A stretch of DNA of 64,000 bases from an uncultured virus (IMG/VR IMGVR_UViG_3300013131_000040). Taxonomy: Duplodnaviria; Heunggongvirae; Uroviricota; Caudoviricetes. This document shows positions 49,651 to 59,602 of this stretch, in pieces. Numbering within the stretch: the stretch's first letter is position 1; each line of letters opens with the position of its first letter. A program made the position numbers and the translations under genes. The DNA lies in IMG/VR virus record IMGVR_UViG_3300013131_000040; one strand, written 5' to 3'. The notes below the pieces were generated by a model that searched no databases, was not told the DNA's origin, and worked only from the letters and a program-made list of their open reading frames with translations.

Positions 49651-51783
49651 ATGAAGCAAGATGAGATCGGTTTTGATGTAGAGCGCAACGGTGATTTCAA
49701 GTCATCGAAGTTTGGTATTAAGACTGCATCAGATATGGTGCACATCTTCTCAGTACTTCGCAGCAAGCTATACTCGGACAAGGTATTGGCCGTTTGCCGC
49801 GAGTACGCCACGAATGCCTGCGATGCCCATATTGATGCCGGCATCCCAGATACCCCCATCCAGATCACCCTCCCCAATCACAGCGATCTATTCTTCCGAG
49901 TCCGTGACTTTGGTCGCGGCCTGGATGAGGATGGCATTCGCGAAGTGTACTGCATGTATGGCGCTTCTACGAAGCGTAATTCAAATGCATTCAACGGCCA
50001 GATGGGTTTCGGCAGCAAGTCTGCGTTTGCCTACACGGATTTCTGGCAGATCAACTCGCACTGTAACGGTACCAAGACTTGCTATAGCATCTTCCTTGAC
50101 GAAAGCGGTCTGGGTGAGGTAAGCGAGCTTTCTCGCGAGCCAACCACCGAAACCGGCATCGAGATTGTTATCCCGGTCGATTCAAGCGATGTGCATGACT
50201 TCCACAATCGTGCGCGCAATCTCTACCGCTGGTTCCGTGTCAAGCCCACCATCCTAGGTGCTGCCGTTGCCCTTGATATTCCCGAGATCCACATCGATCT
50301 GGACGATGTCAAGATCGCAAGGCATCGCCTTGATGACCCTATTGCTATCATGGGCAACGTCGGATACCCTGTAGACATCAGCAAGCTGCTCTACGACTCT
50401 TATGACTCGAAGGGCAATGCTAATCGGCTCAACGCAGCCGACAGTGACTGGCTGCGATGGCGCTGCTCAAATCTTATTATGAACTTTGAGATCGGCGAGC
50501 TACAGATGGCTGCCAGCCGCGAAGCCCTCGAGTACAAGGACTCGACGGTTAAGGCAATCATCAAGAAGCTGACTGGCATCAGGGATCGCGCTACCGCAAA
50601 AGTCACGACCGAGGTACTGGCTCAAACAAATCTGCGCCAGGCTATTCGCAAGGCACATGAGCTGGGCTACATCTCTAATGATGGCATCGAGTGCGTTGTT
50701 ACTGGCGACAAGATCAAGTGGCAGGGCAAAGAGTGGGAAACCCGTCCGACAATTGACGACTTCTACTTCAGCTCCGTTGTAGAGGTTTACCGTTCGGGCA
50801 GCCGCTATGCTGCACGTCCCGCTGATGTACTTGGCAAGGAAAAAATTTCTCCAGTACAGAATACTATTGTTCTACTGGACGTAGACCGGGCGACTGGCGT
50901 AGCCCGTGCAAAAAACCTAGCAGCGGAGTTGCGGACGGGCGTTACCATGCTGGTGCCGGCTCCTACGAAGGTGGAGGAGTCGAAGTCATGGCTCAGCAAG
51001 ACCATGCCAGAAGATCTTTGGGTTCTAGCTAGTACTCTGCCAGATCCGGCAATGCCTGACGCTACTGAGGACGATGATCGACCACTCGTTCGCCCCCGCA
51101 AGGCTCCCACTAAAGTAGATGCCGCCAAGCGTGCTGCGATCTACTTCACTGCCTCTGGCGGGCCGCACGAGCGTTCTGCCAAGTCCAAGAACTGGACGCC
51201 AGCAGAGTTTGAAGAAAACAAGCTTAACCTTATTATCCCGATGGAGAGTTTTGCACCAAAGGATTTCGTAGAGAACATGGAGCCACGGACAATCGCCAAC
51301 GAGTTTACGTCTCTAGTAACTGCTGGTGTTCTTCCGGCGAATGCCCGCTTGCTGGCGGTACGTACATCTGACATCAAGGAAGCTATGGAGGCTGGCTGCA
51401 GGCTGCTGTCAACAGAGCTCCAAGAGGCAGCAAAAAAGCTCGGCGAAGCAGCCGCTCTTTTCGATGGCATTAATGCCAGTGATGAGCGCCGTCGTGTTCT
51501 GGTCTGGGCAAAGAAGGCTGGTACTCCAATGTTCTTTGATCCAGAGAGCACCGAGGGCAAGACCGAGGCAGTTGCCTATGCTACACTGCGTCGATCAAGG
51601 TTGGGCCGAAACCTTGGTCTGGGAAGCAAGGAGCACGCCTCTAATGTACCGGAAGAAACCTACGAAGCCTGCCGCAATCTATTCCCACTGCTAAAGCTAA
51701 TGAATCTTTGGCAGGTTGATCGCGGCTCGCTTGGCAAAGATATTATCGACTACATGTCTCTTGTAAACAAAAGCAAGGTGTGA
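49651..51783 (+). CDS. rIIA: rIIA-like protein (GHKL/Hsp90-like ATPase N-terminus)
   Basis: LYSDKVLAVCREYATNACDAH, VRDFGRGL, YGASTKRNSN, G.MGFGSKSAFAY, MGNVGYP. Confidence 0.85.
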   Translation: MKQDEIGFDVERNGDFKSSKFGIKTASDMVHIFSVLRSKLYSDKVLAVCREYATNACDAHIDAGIPDTPIQITLPNHSDLFFRVRDFGRGLDEDGIREVYCMYGASTKRNSNAFNGQMGFGSKSAFAYTDFWQINSHCNGTKTCYSIFLDESGLGEVSELSREPTTETGIEIVIPVDSSDVHDFHNRARNLYRWFRVKPTILGAAVALDIPEIHIDLDDVKIARHRLDDPIAIMGNVGYPVDISKLLYDSYDSKGNANRLNAADSDWLRWRCSNLIMNFEIGELQMAASREALEYKDSTVKAIIKKLTGIRDRATAKVTTEVLAQTNLRQAIRKAHELGYISNDGIECVVTGDKIKWQGKEWETRPTIDDFYFSSVVEVYRSGSRYAARPADVLGKEKISPVQNTIVLLDVDRATGVARAKNLAAELRTGVTMLVPAPTKVEESKSWLSKTMPEDLWVLASTLPDPAMPDATEDDDRPLVRPRKAPTKVDAAKRAAIYFTASGGPHERSAKSKNWTPAEFEENKLNLIIPMESFAPKDFVENMEPRTIANEFTSLVTAGVLPANARLLAVRTSDIKEAMEAGCRLLSTELQEAAKKLGEAAALFDGINASDERRRVLVWAKKAGTPMFFDPESTEGKTEAVAYATLRRSRLGRNLGLGSKEHASNVPEETYEACRNLFPLLKLMNLWQVDRGSLGKDIIDYMSLVNKSKV

Positions 51784-51784
51784 T

Positions 51785-52528
51785 ATGATCACAAATATCG
51801 TATCAAATTCTGGGCTAACCGTTGTTTTCAGCGACGGTCCCAGGATGATCCACAAGAGTTCTCCTGCGTATGCAGAGGCGCTGGCCGCACTTGCCGAGCA
51901 GGACATCGAACGCCTTAGGCTCCTAATGGATCCTAGGGCTTCATTGCGCAAGTTCTCAAATGAAGAAATCTCCTTCCAGCCGGATGGATCTTATGCGGTA
52001 GACGGCTCGCCAATCGGACAGCACTGCACAGATTTGGTGAATTTGTTTCACAGCAAGAAGATGCCGTGGGGTCCGCTATCTGCCTTTGTTCGGAATAGGG
52101 CTCGGAATCCTTCGGCCCGTGCTAGGAATGGCTTGGACACTTTCATGGCATGTGAGCGGCTGCCTATTACAACGGACGGCTGCCTACTGGCTCTAAAGCT
52201 GTTCACCAATGACTGGGTAGATTCAGATACCGGCACCTATCTGGCGAAGCCCGGAGCAACGGTCGAGTTTCCGCGCGAGAAGATTTATCTGAATGCAAGA
52301 CGCGGGGCAGAGAAGGGATTTTCTGCTGGCAGCAGGAGCTATGTAGATCACAATAGTACTTTCGTAGGAAAGGCTGGGATTGTCAAGGTAAATCCTGCGG
52401 ACGTTGTAGGAGCTTATAGCAGCCCGGTAGGAGAGCTTGTTACATGCCGTTATACAGTGATCCGTGAAGCTGATATTCAGCTGCTGGGCAACGTACATGA
52501 TGGCAGTACTGGAGAATCGCTATTCTGA
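51785..52528 (+). CDS. rIIB: rIIB-like protein
   Basis: NPS, LPITTDGCLLA.K, D..TG, VKVNPADVV, TCRYTVI; directly follows rIIA. Confidence 0.75.
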   Translation: MITNIVSNSGLTVVFSDGPRMIHKSSPAYAEALAALAEQDIERLRLLMDPRASLRKFSNEEISFQPDGSYAVDGSPIGQHCTDLVNLFHSKKMPWGPLSAFVRNRARNPSARARNGLDTFMACERLPITTDGCLLALKLFTNDWVDSDTGTYLAKPGATVEFPREKIYLNARRGAEKGFSAGSRSYVDHNSTFVGKAGIVKVNPADVVGAYSSPVGELVTCRYTVIREADIQLLGNVHDGSTGESLF

Positions 52529-52538
52529 ATGTGCCAGG

Positions 52539-52572
52539 GCGGGCCGGGCCTAAACCCGGCTCCGCCCGATCC
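52539..52572 (+). promoter_or_regulatory. Dispersed 34-bp element copy 13
   Basis: CTAAA 52550-52554, GATCC 52568-52572. Confidence 0.6.
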
Positions 52573-53098
52573 TCCAGACCGTTCAACGCGAACAAAGAGG
52601 AGTCACTTGCTTAAAGTATCGCCAATGATGCGCCTTGCGTCACTCTTTTCTCACGCCTCTGATCCAGCTTTCTGGGATGAGTGCGAACGGGCTTCGCTAC
52701 TTCTTTCGAGAGCCACTGACAACTCTGGCGGCAATCCTATCTCCAGGACAATGCTGCGCAAGGCTGGAGCACTTGCCTCTTTTAGGAAAAAGATTTACGC
52801 TCCGGCAATTTGCTGCTACCTTTATGCATCTTGGGCTGCGCTGTCTGAGTCCGTTAAAAATGCGACGGAAAACGGCGTTGAGCCCGATGACAATTATATT
52901 CGCGCTCTTGAAAGCGCTAATGACCACATCTTTAAGCGTGTGCTGCGCTTCCTATCTAAGACCGAGTATCATACAGTTTGCGAGCTATTTGTAGCTATCT
53001 ACAATCAGGTCTCAAGGGCTATGAGATCGCGTGAAGCAAATACTATTGACGTAGAAGAACTGATTGCAGCTAGCTTTTCTAGCTTTACGGATGACTGA

Positions 53099-53425
53099 AT
53101 GAAACTACATGAAATGCACCTGATAAACAGCCTACTTGAAAATCAGGACATGGAAAATCATATTAGTTCTGAAAAGCTAAATGGCCAGCGGGTCCATGTG
53201 CTGTCAGGGCCAGGCAAGATGATTATCATCACAAAGCATCCACACCATTTTGATATATCTATGAAGTTCGATGGGCGACCAGTAAGAGCTGAACTAGATC
53301 TAAATCTAAATATCGTTTCTATTGACTCTGGCAGGTGGTCTCTTAGTGATGAAGATGTGATAAATAAAAGGAATTTCGAGGCAAGGTTTGCAACAATTCT
53401 GCCCAAAGGACTAGGATCAGCCTGA
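53099..53425 (+). CDS. MKL-family small protein
   Basis: ATG AAA CTA directly after TGA; MKLHEMHLINS. Confidence 0.6.
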   Translation: MKLHEMHLINSLLENQDMENHISSEKLNGQRVHVLSGPGKMIIITKHPHHFDISMKFDGRPVRAELDLNLNIVSIDSGRWSLSDEDVINKRNFEARFATILPKGLGSA

Positions 53426-53527
53426 TCCTTCCGATTAATAAATGCTATTTATGTTCCCATGCCCGGAGCCGGGCGCGAAGCCGCGCCGCTAGGAAAGGTA
53501 GCTCAACAGTATTTAAAAAGAGTAACT

Positions 53528-53998
53528 ATGAAGAAGTATGATGCCTTTGTATACTGTACCTTTCCGCCGGAGATAGAGGCGGCCTTTCCGCGCTTTGGCC
53601 GTATTGGGAATGACGACTTTACTCCTCCGCATGTATCTGTCATATACTTGCCTGACCTAGAGGAAGGCGAAGTGTTGCGTGCAGCAGCGGCTATTGAAAT
53701 GATTGCTCAGCGTCTGAAGCCTTTTTCAGCCGAAATCGGAGAACTTGACTGTTTTAAAGGCAAAGACGATAGCGTGCCTTGGTTCGTTCACATTGAAAGC
53801 CCGCGCCTGCACGAGCTGCGAGAGGTGATCAAAGAAGTTTTATCGAACCTTGATATTTCAATTAATGATAAATTCCCCAACTTCGTACCACACGCTACCC
53901 TACGTTATCTCCCGCGAGGGGCGGAGTATAGCGATAATTTGCCGTCTGGCAAATGCCTAATCGATACTCTACATTTTGCATTTAAAGAATCAGAGTAA
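53528..53998 (+). CDS. 2H phosphoesterase (LigT-like)
   Basis: Two Hx(S/T) motifs: PHVSV and FVPHATL. Confidence 0.8.
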   Translation: MKKYDAFVYCTFPPEIEAAFPRFGRIGNDDFTPPHVSVIYLPDLEEGEVLRAAAAIEMIAQRLKPFSAEIGELDCFKGKDDSVPWFVHIESPRLHELREVIKEVLSNLDISINDKFPNFVPHATLRYLPRGAEYSDNLPSGKCLIDTLHFAFKESE

Positions 53999-54004
53999 GT
54001 CAGG

Positions 54005-54038
54005 ACGGGTCGGGCCTAAAGCCGGCCCCCGCCGATCC
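54005..54038 (+). promoter_or_regulatory. Dispersed 34-bp element copy 14
   Basis: CTAAA 54016-54020, GATCC 54034-54038. Confidence 0.6.
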
Positions 54039-54891
54039 TGAGGAAAGCGACGAGGTGACGATGCGAACGAAACGCTCGCTTCGCAACTGGATAGAAGACA
54101 ATCTAATTCCGGGATATTGCTCGATGGCATCACACCCGAGGGTAACTTGGGAAACCCGTAGTGATGGCGGCAGTTATTGCTACATCCGGTTTGAGGATGC
54201 TCTGAGCAAAAGAAATACTCAAGCGCAACTACAAGCCGCAGGCTTTGAGGTGCGTTTTGCTTTTTGGCCAGAAGGCCTTCTTGCCGAAATACAGGTAAAG
54301 TAACAGGAGGATGTCTTGGAAGAAAAGTGGATTTCTATCCCGCAGCGCTTTATTGTATACCAGAGCACGGACTCAGACGTCGCTGATCCATATACGGTGG
54401 TTTACCCCGACGGAGCCGTATTCCTGTTCTATGCGCAGCCGCCTCATCGAGCGAGGTTCCTGTGCCGCTACAACAACTTTTCAAAGGATGAAGAAGATGA
54501 ATTGATTGACCTAGTACCTGAAACAGTAATGGAAGCAATTATAAACCAGGAAGTATAGCTTTGCAAAACAAGTCTGTATTACGAGAATTGAGAGATGCTG
54601 CCCAAGCAGCAGTCGCTGGAAGGCATCAGGCTGCCACAGAGGAAGAGTTTCCTGAGCTTGGTATTCATGTCAGCCAGTTCGTAGCCCTGGTTTATGAAGC
54701 AGCTAAAGAAGGCCTTTGGGAGATCGATTGGTCATTTGGCAGCTGCACCGTTGAGCAACTCCAGCGCATTGCCGAGGCAATTAAGCTCGAGCTGTTTGAC
54801 GTTATGATTATCACAGATACTGGATCCAAGAAAATCACTGCTTCTTGGCATTCATAAAATGTTCATGCCTTAATGGCAGAAAGACCGAGAT

Positions 54892-55251
54892 ATGACACAG
54901 TTTGATGGTAACTATGATCGTGACAAGCTTGCTACCGTAGAGGACATCGTTGCCCTTACCGGCAAGCCAGTTCTCCTTGTGAACAAGGCTCTTAAGGACG
55001 CTGGTCTTGTATCAGCTGGCCATGTGCGTACTGGTCGGGTTGGCAAGCCGCCCCGTCTTTTTGACCGCGCAGAATTCCTTGCTGCTATCGCGGCCTACGA
55101 GGATCGGCGCAATACTCTGCGAGCTGCTCGTGCATCAGCCCGCACTCGTTCAGTTACTGCTGCTCCGGTAGTTGTAACAACTGTACCGCCGCCTGCCAAT
55201 GATGATGAGGCCGCTCAGGCATCACCGGCTGCGGTTGTTTTTGGTGATTGA
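54892..55251 (+). CDS. Putative HTH DNA-binding protein
   Basis: TVEDIVALTG...VNKAL and GRVGKPPRLF wing-like motif. Confidence 0.45.
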   Translation: MTQFDGNYDRDKLATVEDIVALTGKPVLLVNKALKDAGLVSAGHVRTGRVGKPPRLFDRAEFLAAIAAYEDRRNTLRAARASARTRSVTAAPVVVTTVPPPANDDEAAQASPAAVVFGD

Positions 55252-55522
55252 GGGCATTAGCCCATTTGAAAGGAAATAAGCATGGAACTGTCTAAAAAGA
55301 ATCTTCTTGTTGCTGCCGGTGTCGTTGTTGCAGCTGTCGTCGGCGTTACTCTCTTTAACGTTGTGCAGGATCTTGGCTCTGATCCCGTAGTTGTAGAGGA
55401 GGATGTCGCTGGCGACGCTCCTGCTACTGAGCCTGCTGCCGAGGCTGCTGCTGGGACTGCCGGTGAAGGCGAGGGCGAGACTGCTGCCGGGACTGATGCT
55501 GGCGTCGCTGAGTGAGGCCGGC

Positions 55523-55555
55523 GGAGCCCTGTAGTTTTTTTTACAGGGCTCCTTT
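55523..55555 (+). terminator. Hairpin/terminator
   Basis: GGAGCCCTGTA/TACAGGGCTCC 11-bp stem followed by TTT. Confidence 0.6.
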
Positions 55556-55615
55556 ACCGATAAAAACTCGGGAATATAATCCTCCTAGCAGCAGGCAGCT
55601 GCACTAGGAGGATTT

Positions 55616-55915
55616 ATGTTTGACTTTGTTTCTGGTTTTGACAACAACTATCTCGTAGAAAACATCGACGGCACCACTGTTATAAGCATCCCGCTGCCGG
55701 GTGTCACAAAAGAAGATCTAGAAATAGAGGCCGGTCCAGCATCCCTGGATATTCGGGTGACGGCAAATAGGAAGTTCCCATTTCTAAGCAAGCGCAAGTG
55801 GCGCTTTACGCACCGCCTTGGCAACCCCGAAGTTTCTGCCAAGGTAGAAAATGGCGTGCTGGTACTTAAGCTAAGCGAAACTTCGCGGTCAAAATACCGT
55901 ATTGAAGTCGCATGA
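55616..55915 (+). CDS. Small heat-shock protein (Hsp20)
   Basis: LPGVTKEDLEI, SAKVENGVL.L; AGGAGG RBS. Confidence 0.85.
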   Translation: MFDFVSGFDNNYLVENIDGTTVISIPLPGVTKEDLEIEAGPASLDIRVTANRKFPFLSKRKWRFTHRLGNPEVSAKVENGVLVLKLSETSRSKYRIEVA

Positions 55916-55924
55916 AAGGCAAGA

Positions 55925-56854
55925 ATGCTCGGAGTATGCTGTCAGTGGCTTGAAGAAAAGAAGACTAAAACTGGCTCAAAGTTCGTTAACAAAATTGGCG
56001 AGCGAGCTTTGCAGCTAGGGCGATTCCAGGCCGGAGAGTATAGCGCCGAGCATATTCGCAGTGTTTGGCTTGGTAATATCGCTGGCATTTCTGCAATTAC
56101 GCGCGACTTGCGGGATTCAGGAGTGGGGCTGTTTCGAGTAGGCAGCACGCTCCTGCCCCTGTTCGATAAGGTTGCAGAAGATGCGCGCTACAGTGAACTG
56201 GTAGGCGAAGCAATCACCGCTCTGCAATCAGCCCAATCTGCTTTCGCAGGCCTGCGCCTAACTATGCATCCCGGCCAGTTTGTAGTGCTTAATTCCGATT
56301 CTGATACCGTAGTACAAAATTCTATCAGGGAACTGACTTATCACGCCATGGTTATGGACAATCTTGGCGCTGCCCTTAGTACCAATTTTGCAATAAATAT
56401 TCACGGCGGCAAACGCGGCTCTCCAGATCGCCTACTTCGTGGCATTGACGCTCTGCCACACAATGTGCGATCACGCTTGACCCTCGAAAATGATGAGAAC
56501 TGCTGGTCAGTAGCAGACCTGATGCCAATTAGCGCAGCATCTGGGGTACCCATCCTTTTTGATTCTCATCATCATGTATTCAATGACGGCGGTATGAGTG
56601 GCGAGGAGGCAATGCTTGCAGCGGCCTCTACCTGGCCGGCTGGCATACTTCCGCTACAACATCTTAGCAACACAGAGCCAGGCCTTGAAGGCGGCAACTT
56701 TACCGAGCGCCGAGCACATAGTTGGGCGATCCATACGATCCCCGATTACCAGAAGGCTTATTATGCCGCTGGAAAGTGCGACATCGAAATGGAATGCAAA
56801 GGCAAAAATCTCGGATTTATCCCCCATCTTGATAAGCTAAGTATTCGTATATGA
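55925..56854 (+). CDS. uvsE: UV damage endonuclease
   Basis: LFRV...LP, RLTMHPGQFVVLNS, INIHGG, RLTLENDE, FDSHHH, HLS, H...I, MECKGK. Confidence 0.92.
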   Translation: MLGVCCQWLEEKKTKTGSKFVNKIGERALQLGRFQAGEYSAEHIRSVWLGNIAGISAITRDLRDSGVGLFRVGSTLLPLFDKVAEDARYSELVGEAITALQSAQSAFAGLRLTMHPGQFVVLNSDSDTVVQNSIRELTYHAMVMDNLGAALSTNFAINIHGGKRGSPDRLLRGIDALPHNVRSRLTLENDENCWSVADLMPISAASGVPILFDSHHHVFNDGGMSGEEAMLAAASTWPAGILPLQHLSNTEPGLEGGNFTERRAHSWAIHTIPDYQKAYYAAGKCDIEMECKGKNLGFIPHLDKLSIRI

Positions 56855-57246
56855 AGCTGGCAGACCTGCTGTTCAGGGATCTTAAGCTATTTATCGACAC
56901 ATTTACTGCCCCAGAACACGCAGATGAGCTGTACGCGGCAGTAAGCGGTGCTCAGATGAATAGGTGGGGAGTGGCTGAGCCCGGAGAGGGCGGCAGGATC
57001 GCCATCGGGGTAGATAAAGATGGCACAATAGTCACTCCCAACTTCATCAAGTCAGAGCCATCTACCTGGGTAGTATTTTTCTCTTTTTTTAGCAACGGCG
57101 ATAACCCAGACTTGGCGAAAGTTACCCTGTCTTTTCCGGCGTTTTACTGGGCCTCGAACTACGAAGGAACAGTTAATTCTGGCATAGAGGTACCGCTACG
57201 GTTAGATGACGGTAGGCTAGAACTGATCAAGGCTGCCGGCAAATAG
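56851..57246 (+). CDS. MKL-family small protein
   Basis: ATGA overlap with uvsE; MKLADLLFRD. Confidence 0.6.
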   Translation: MKLADLLFRDLKLFIDTFTAPEHADELYAAVSGAQMNRWGVAEPGEGGRIAIGVDKDGTIVTPNFIKSEPSTWVVFFSFFSNGDNPDLAKVTLSFPAFYWASNYEGTVNSGIEVPLRLDDGRLELIKAAGK

Positions 57247-57672
57247 TGGGCTTTCGTAACTGCGTATCTTCTTGATTATATTAAGTATACGCCCCGGACG
57301 TTTGAGAGCAGCTGCCTGTGCTTCAAAAAGGCGCAGTACGAACTCGTAAACTTCCAACACAGTCCCAGTGGGTAGCATTTCCCCTTCGCTACAAAAATCA
57401 GCCATTGTGATCTGTTGTTTATTGCCATTGGGCCAGCTGGCAACTTCGCAGAAAAGCAGTCGGCTGTTGGCGTTTTGGAGGCAGCGGATGATCCGGCGGT
57501 TGTTAACCCAGATTTCCAGCACCATGATCTTGCTGCCATCGACTGGCTTATCCCCGTCCATCCAGTAGCTGTAGTTGCGAAACTTGGTTATAAATGCAGC
57601 CCCCTGGCCCGCACAAGCAATATTCAAACGGATGCCAAGATTGCTAAGCTTCACAACCTTCTCTATTTTCAT
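57217..57672 (-). CDS. Hypothetical protein (minus strand)
   Basis: MKIEKVVKLSNLG...; fills the gap before the topoisomerase genes. Confidence 0.5.
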   Translation of the reverse strand: MKIEKVVKLSNLGIRLNIACAGQGAAFITKFRNYSYWMDGDKPVDGSKIMVLEIWVNNRRIIRCLQNANSRLLFCEVASWPNGNKQQITMADFCSEGEMLPTGTVLEVYEFVLRLFEAQAAALKRPGRILNIIKKIRSYESPLFAGSLDQF

Positions 57673-57755
57673 GCCTGGATTATCTGCACTGTCGTCTGGC
57701 TTAAATGCTGCCCGGTGTAAAGCCTGTGCACACAGCAATGCGGAGCACAACAAAA

Positions 57756-59600
57756 ATGGCTAAAAGCAAAGAGTACAACTCAAATTCCATTCAGGTCCTA
57801 GATGATATCGCACACATCCGACTGCGGCCAGGCCTGTACGTAGGGGGTGCGAATGCCACCGGGCATTTCATCATCTTAAAGGAAATCATCGACAATGGCA
57901 TCGATGAGGCCATAGGTGGCCATGCTGATCGCATTTCAGTAAAGATCTCTGATGACTGCCGCAGCGCAGAGGTGTTTGATAACGGTCGCGGAATCCCACA
58001 CGAGAAGCATCCCAAGACCGGCCTGAGCACCCTTGCTACCGTATTTGGCACAGCCAAGTCGGGCGGCAAGTTTGATAACGACACCTATGGTACATCGGTA
58101 GGCACACACGGTGTAGGCTCTACTGCCACAAACGCTCTGTCTGAGAGCTTTTATGCAGAATCATACCGTGGTCGAAAAATGGCATCGGTAGAGTTCTCTC
58201 GCGGCAAGATGCTGGGCCGTGATGCAAAAATAGGCGATAATCCGACAAAAATAAAGCACGGCACGCTTGTTCGCTTTACCCCTGATTATCGAGAGGTATT
58301 CAAGGACGTATCTGGTTTTAATCTCGCTGAAGTTCGTGGTCGCCTGACTGATGCGGCACACCTGTTGCCCAAAACAAAGATCTCGCTATCGCACGGTGGT
58401 ACGCTCGAAGATTTTCCTTGCAAGGGCGTGGCCGGCATCCTTGGCGACGAAAGCGCTTACTCTACTGCCTTTGATGTAGAGGTCGATGTAGGCGGGGAAA
58501 AGAAGACTGCAAGCGTTTCAGTGGCTTGGAAATGGGCCAACGAAGGTCGTTCGGTTTCTCTGGTCAATCTTAGTCGTACAGCCGATGGCGGTCAACATGC
58601 ATCGGGCTGGGAAAGCGCGCTAGTAGACTTCCTGCTCGAACGCTGCAAAAACAAGTGCTCGGCCAAAGAAATCACTGAAAACTTGCAGTACGCCCTGCAC
58701 ATCTCCCACCCGAACCCACAGTTTTCCTCACAGACAAAAGAGAAGCTGATTAACAAGGGACTGGGCAAGAGCATTGCTGATGCAGCGGTCCCACAGCTTA
58801 AGAGCTGGGCGCGGAAAAATGCCGCAACTGTTGATGCTTTTCTGGCTAATGCAGTCACCGCATACGAGCAGCGTCAGGCTCAGAAAGATCTAAAGGCCGC
58901 ACTCAAAGATCTTAAGACCACTAAGCGTTCTAGCCGCGGCATTTTGCCTGACAAGTTATTCGAGGCGGACTGCAAGCCATATCTCCGCGAGCTTTATTTA
59001 GTGGAGGGCGACAGCGCAGCCGGTTCTGCCGTTAAGGGCAGGGACGCATCTTACCAGGAAATCCTGCCCCTAAAGGGCAAGATCCTTAACGTCTTCAAGG
59101 CTTCCGAGGCTGATGCAATCGCCAATGACGAGATCGCCGCAATTGTTGCATCCGTAGGCGGTGGCTTTGGCTCTAAGTTTAATATCGGGGATGTGCGCAT
59201 AGGCAAGCTCATAATCCTATCTGACTCTGATCACGACGGTCATCATATCAGTAGTCTGATCATCGGACTATTTGCCAAGTATATGCCAGGACTGCTTGAG
59301 CGTGGAATGATCTACTCCGTAGACGCGCCACTTTTCAAGGCTTCGCTGCCAGGTACGCGGCAACGCTGGTTTGGACATACAATGGACGATGTGCGGGCAA
59401 AGGCCGGCAAACACTTCAGCAAATGCGACGTGACAAGACTAAAGGGCCACGGCGAAGCTAATCCTGATGAAGTTGGAGAATACGCAATGAGCAGCACTCG
59501 CCGCCTTATCCAGCTGAACTGGAGCAAGACCGACGTAGAAGAAATCCTTAGAATCATGGGCGATGATATTGCGGGCCGCAAAGAACTGCTGGGGATCTGA
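57756..59600 (+). CDS. Type IIA topoisomerase ATPase/TOPRIM subunit (GyrB/ParE-like)
   Basis: IRLRPGLY, EIIDNGIDE, DNGRGIP, GTHGVG, QTKEKL, LVEGDSA, PLKGK, DSDHDG. Confidence 0.93.
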   Translation: MAKSKEYNSNSIQVLDDIAHIRLRPGLYVGGANATGHFIILKEIIDNGIDEAIGGHADRISVKISDDCRSAEVFDNGRGIPHEKHPKTGLSTLATVFGTAKSGGKFDNDTYGTSVGTHGVGSTATNALSESFYAESYRGRKMASVEFSRGKMLGRDAKIGDNPTKIKHGTLVRFTPDYREVFKDVSGFNLAEVRGRLTDAAHLLPKTKISLSHGGTLEDFPCKGVAGILGDESAYSTAFDVEVDVGGEKKTASVSVAWKWANEGRSVSLVNLSRTADGGQHASGWESALVDFLLERCKNKCSAKEITENLQYALHISHPNPQFSSQTKEKLINKGLGKSIADAAVPQLKSWARKNAATVDAFLANAVTAYEQRQAQKDLKAALKDLKTTKRSSRGILPDKLFEADCKPYLRELYLVEGDSAAGSAVKGRDASYQEILPLKGKILNVFKASEADAIANDEIAAIVASVGGGFGSKFNIGDVRIGKLIILSDSDHDGHHISSLIIGLFAKYMPGLLERGMIYSVDAPLFKASLPGTRQRWFGHTMDDVRAKAGKHFSKCDVTRLKGHGEANPDEVGEYAMSSTRRLIQLNWSKTDVEEILRIMGDDIAGRKELLGI

Positions 59601-59602
59601 AA

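Noticed and set aside
53461..53490. GC-rich GCCGGGCGCGAAGCCGCGCC as another copy of the 34-bp element
   Set aside because: It lacks both CTAAA and GATCC and is only a short GC hairpin.
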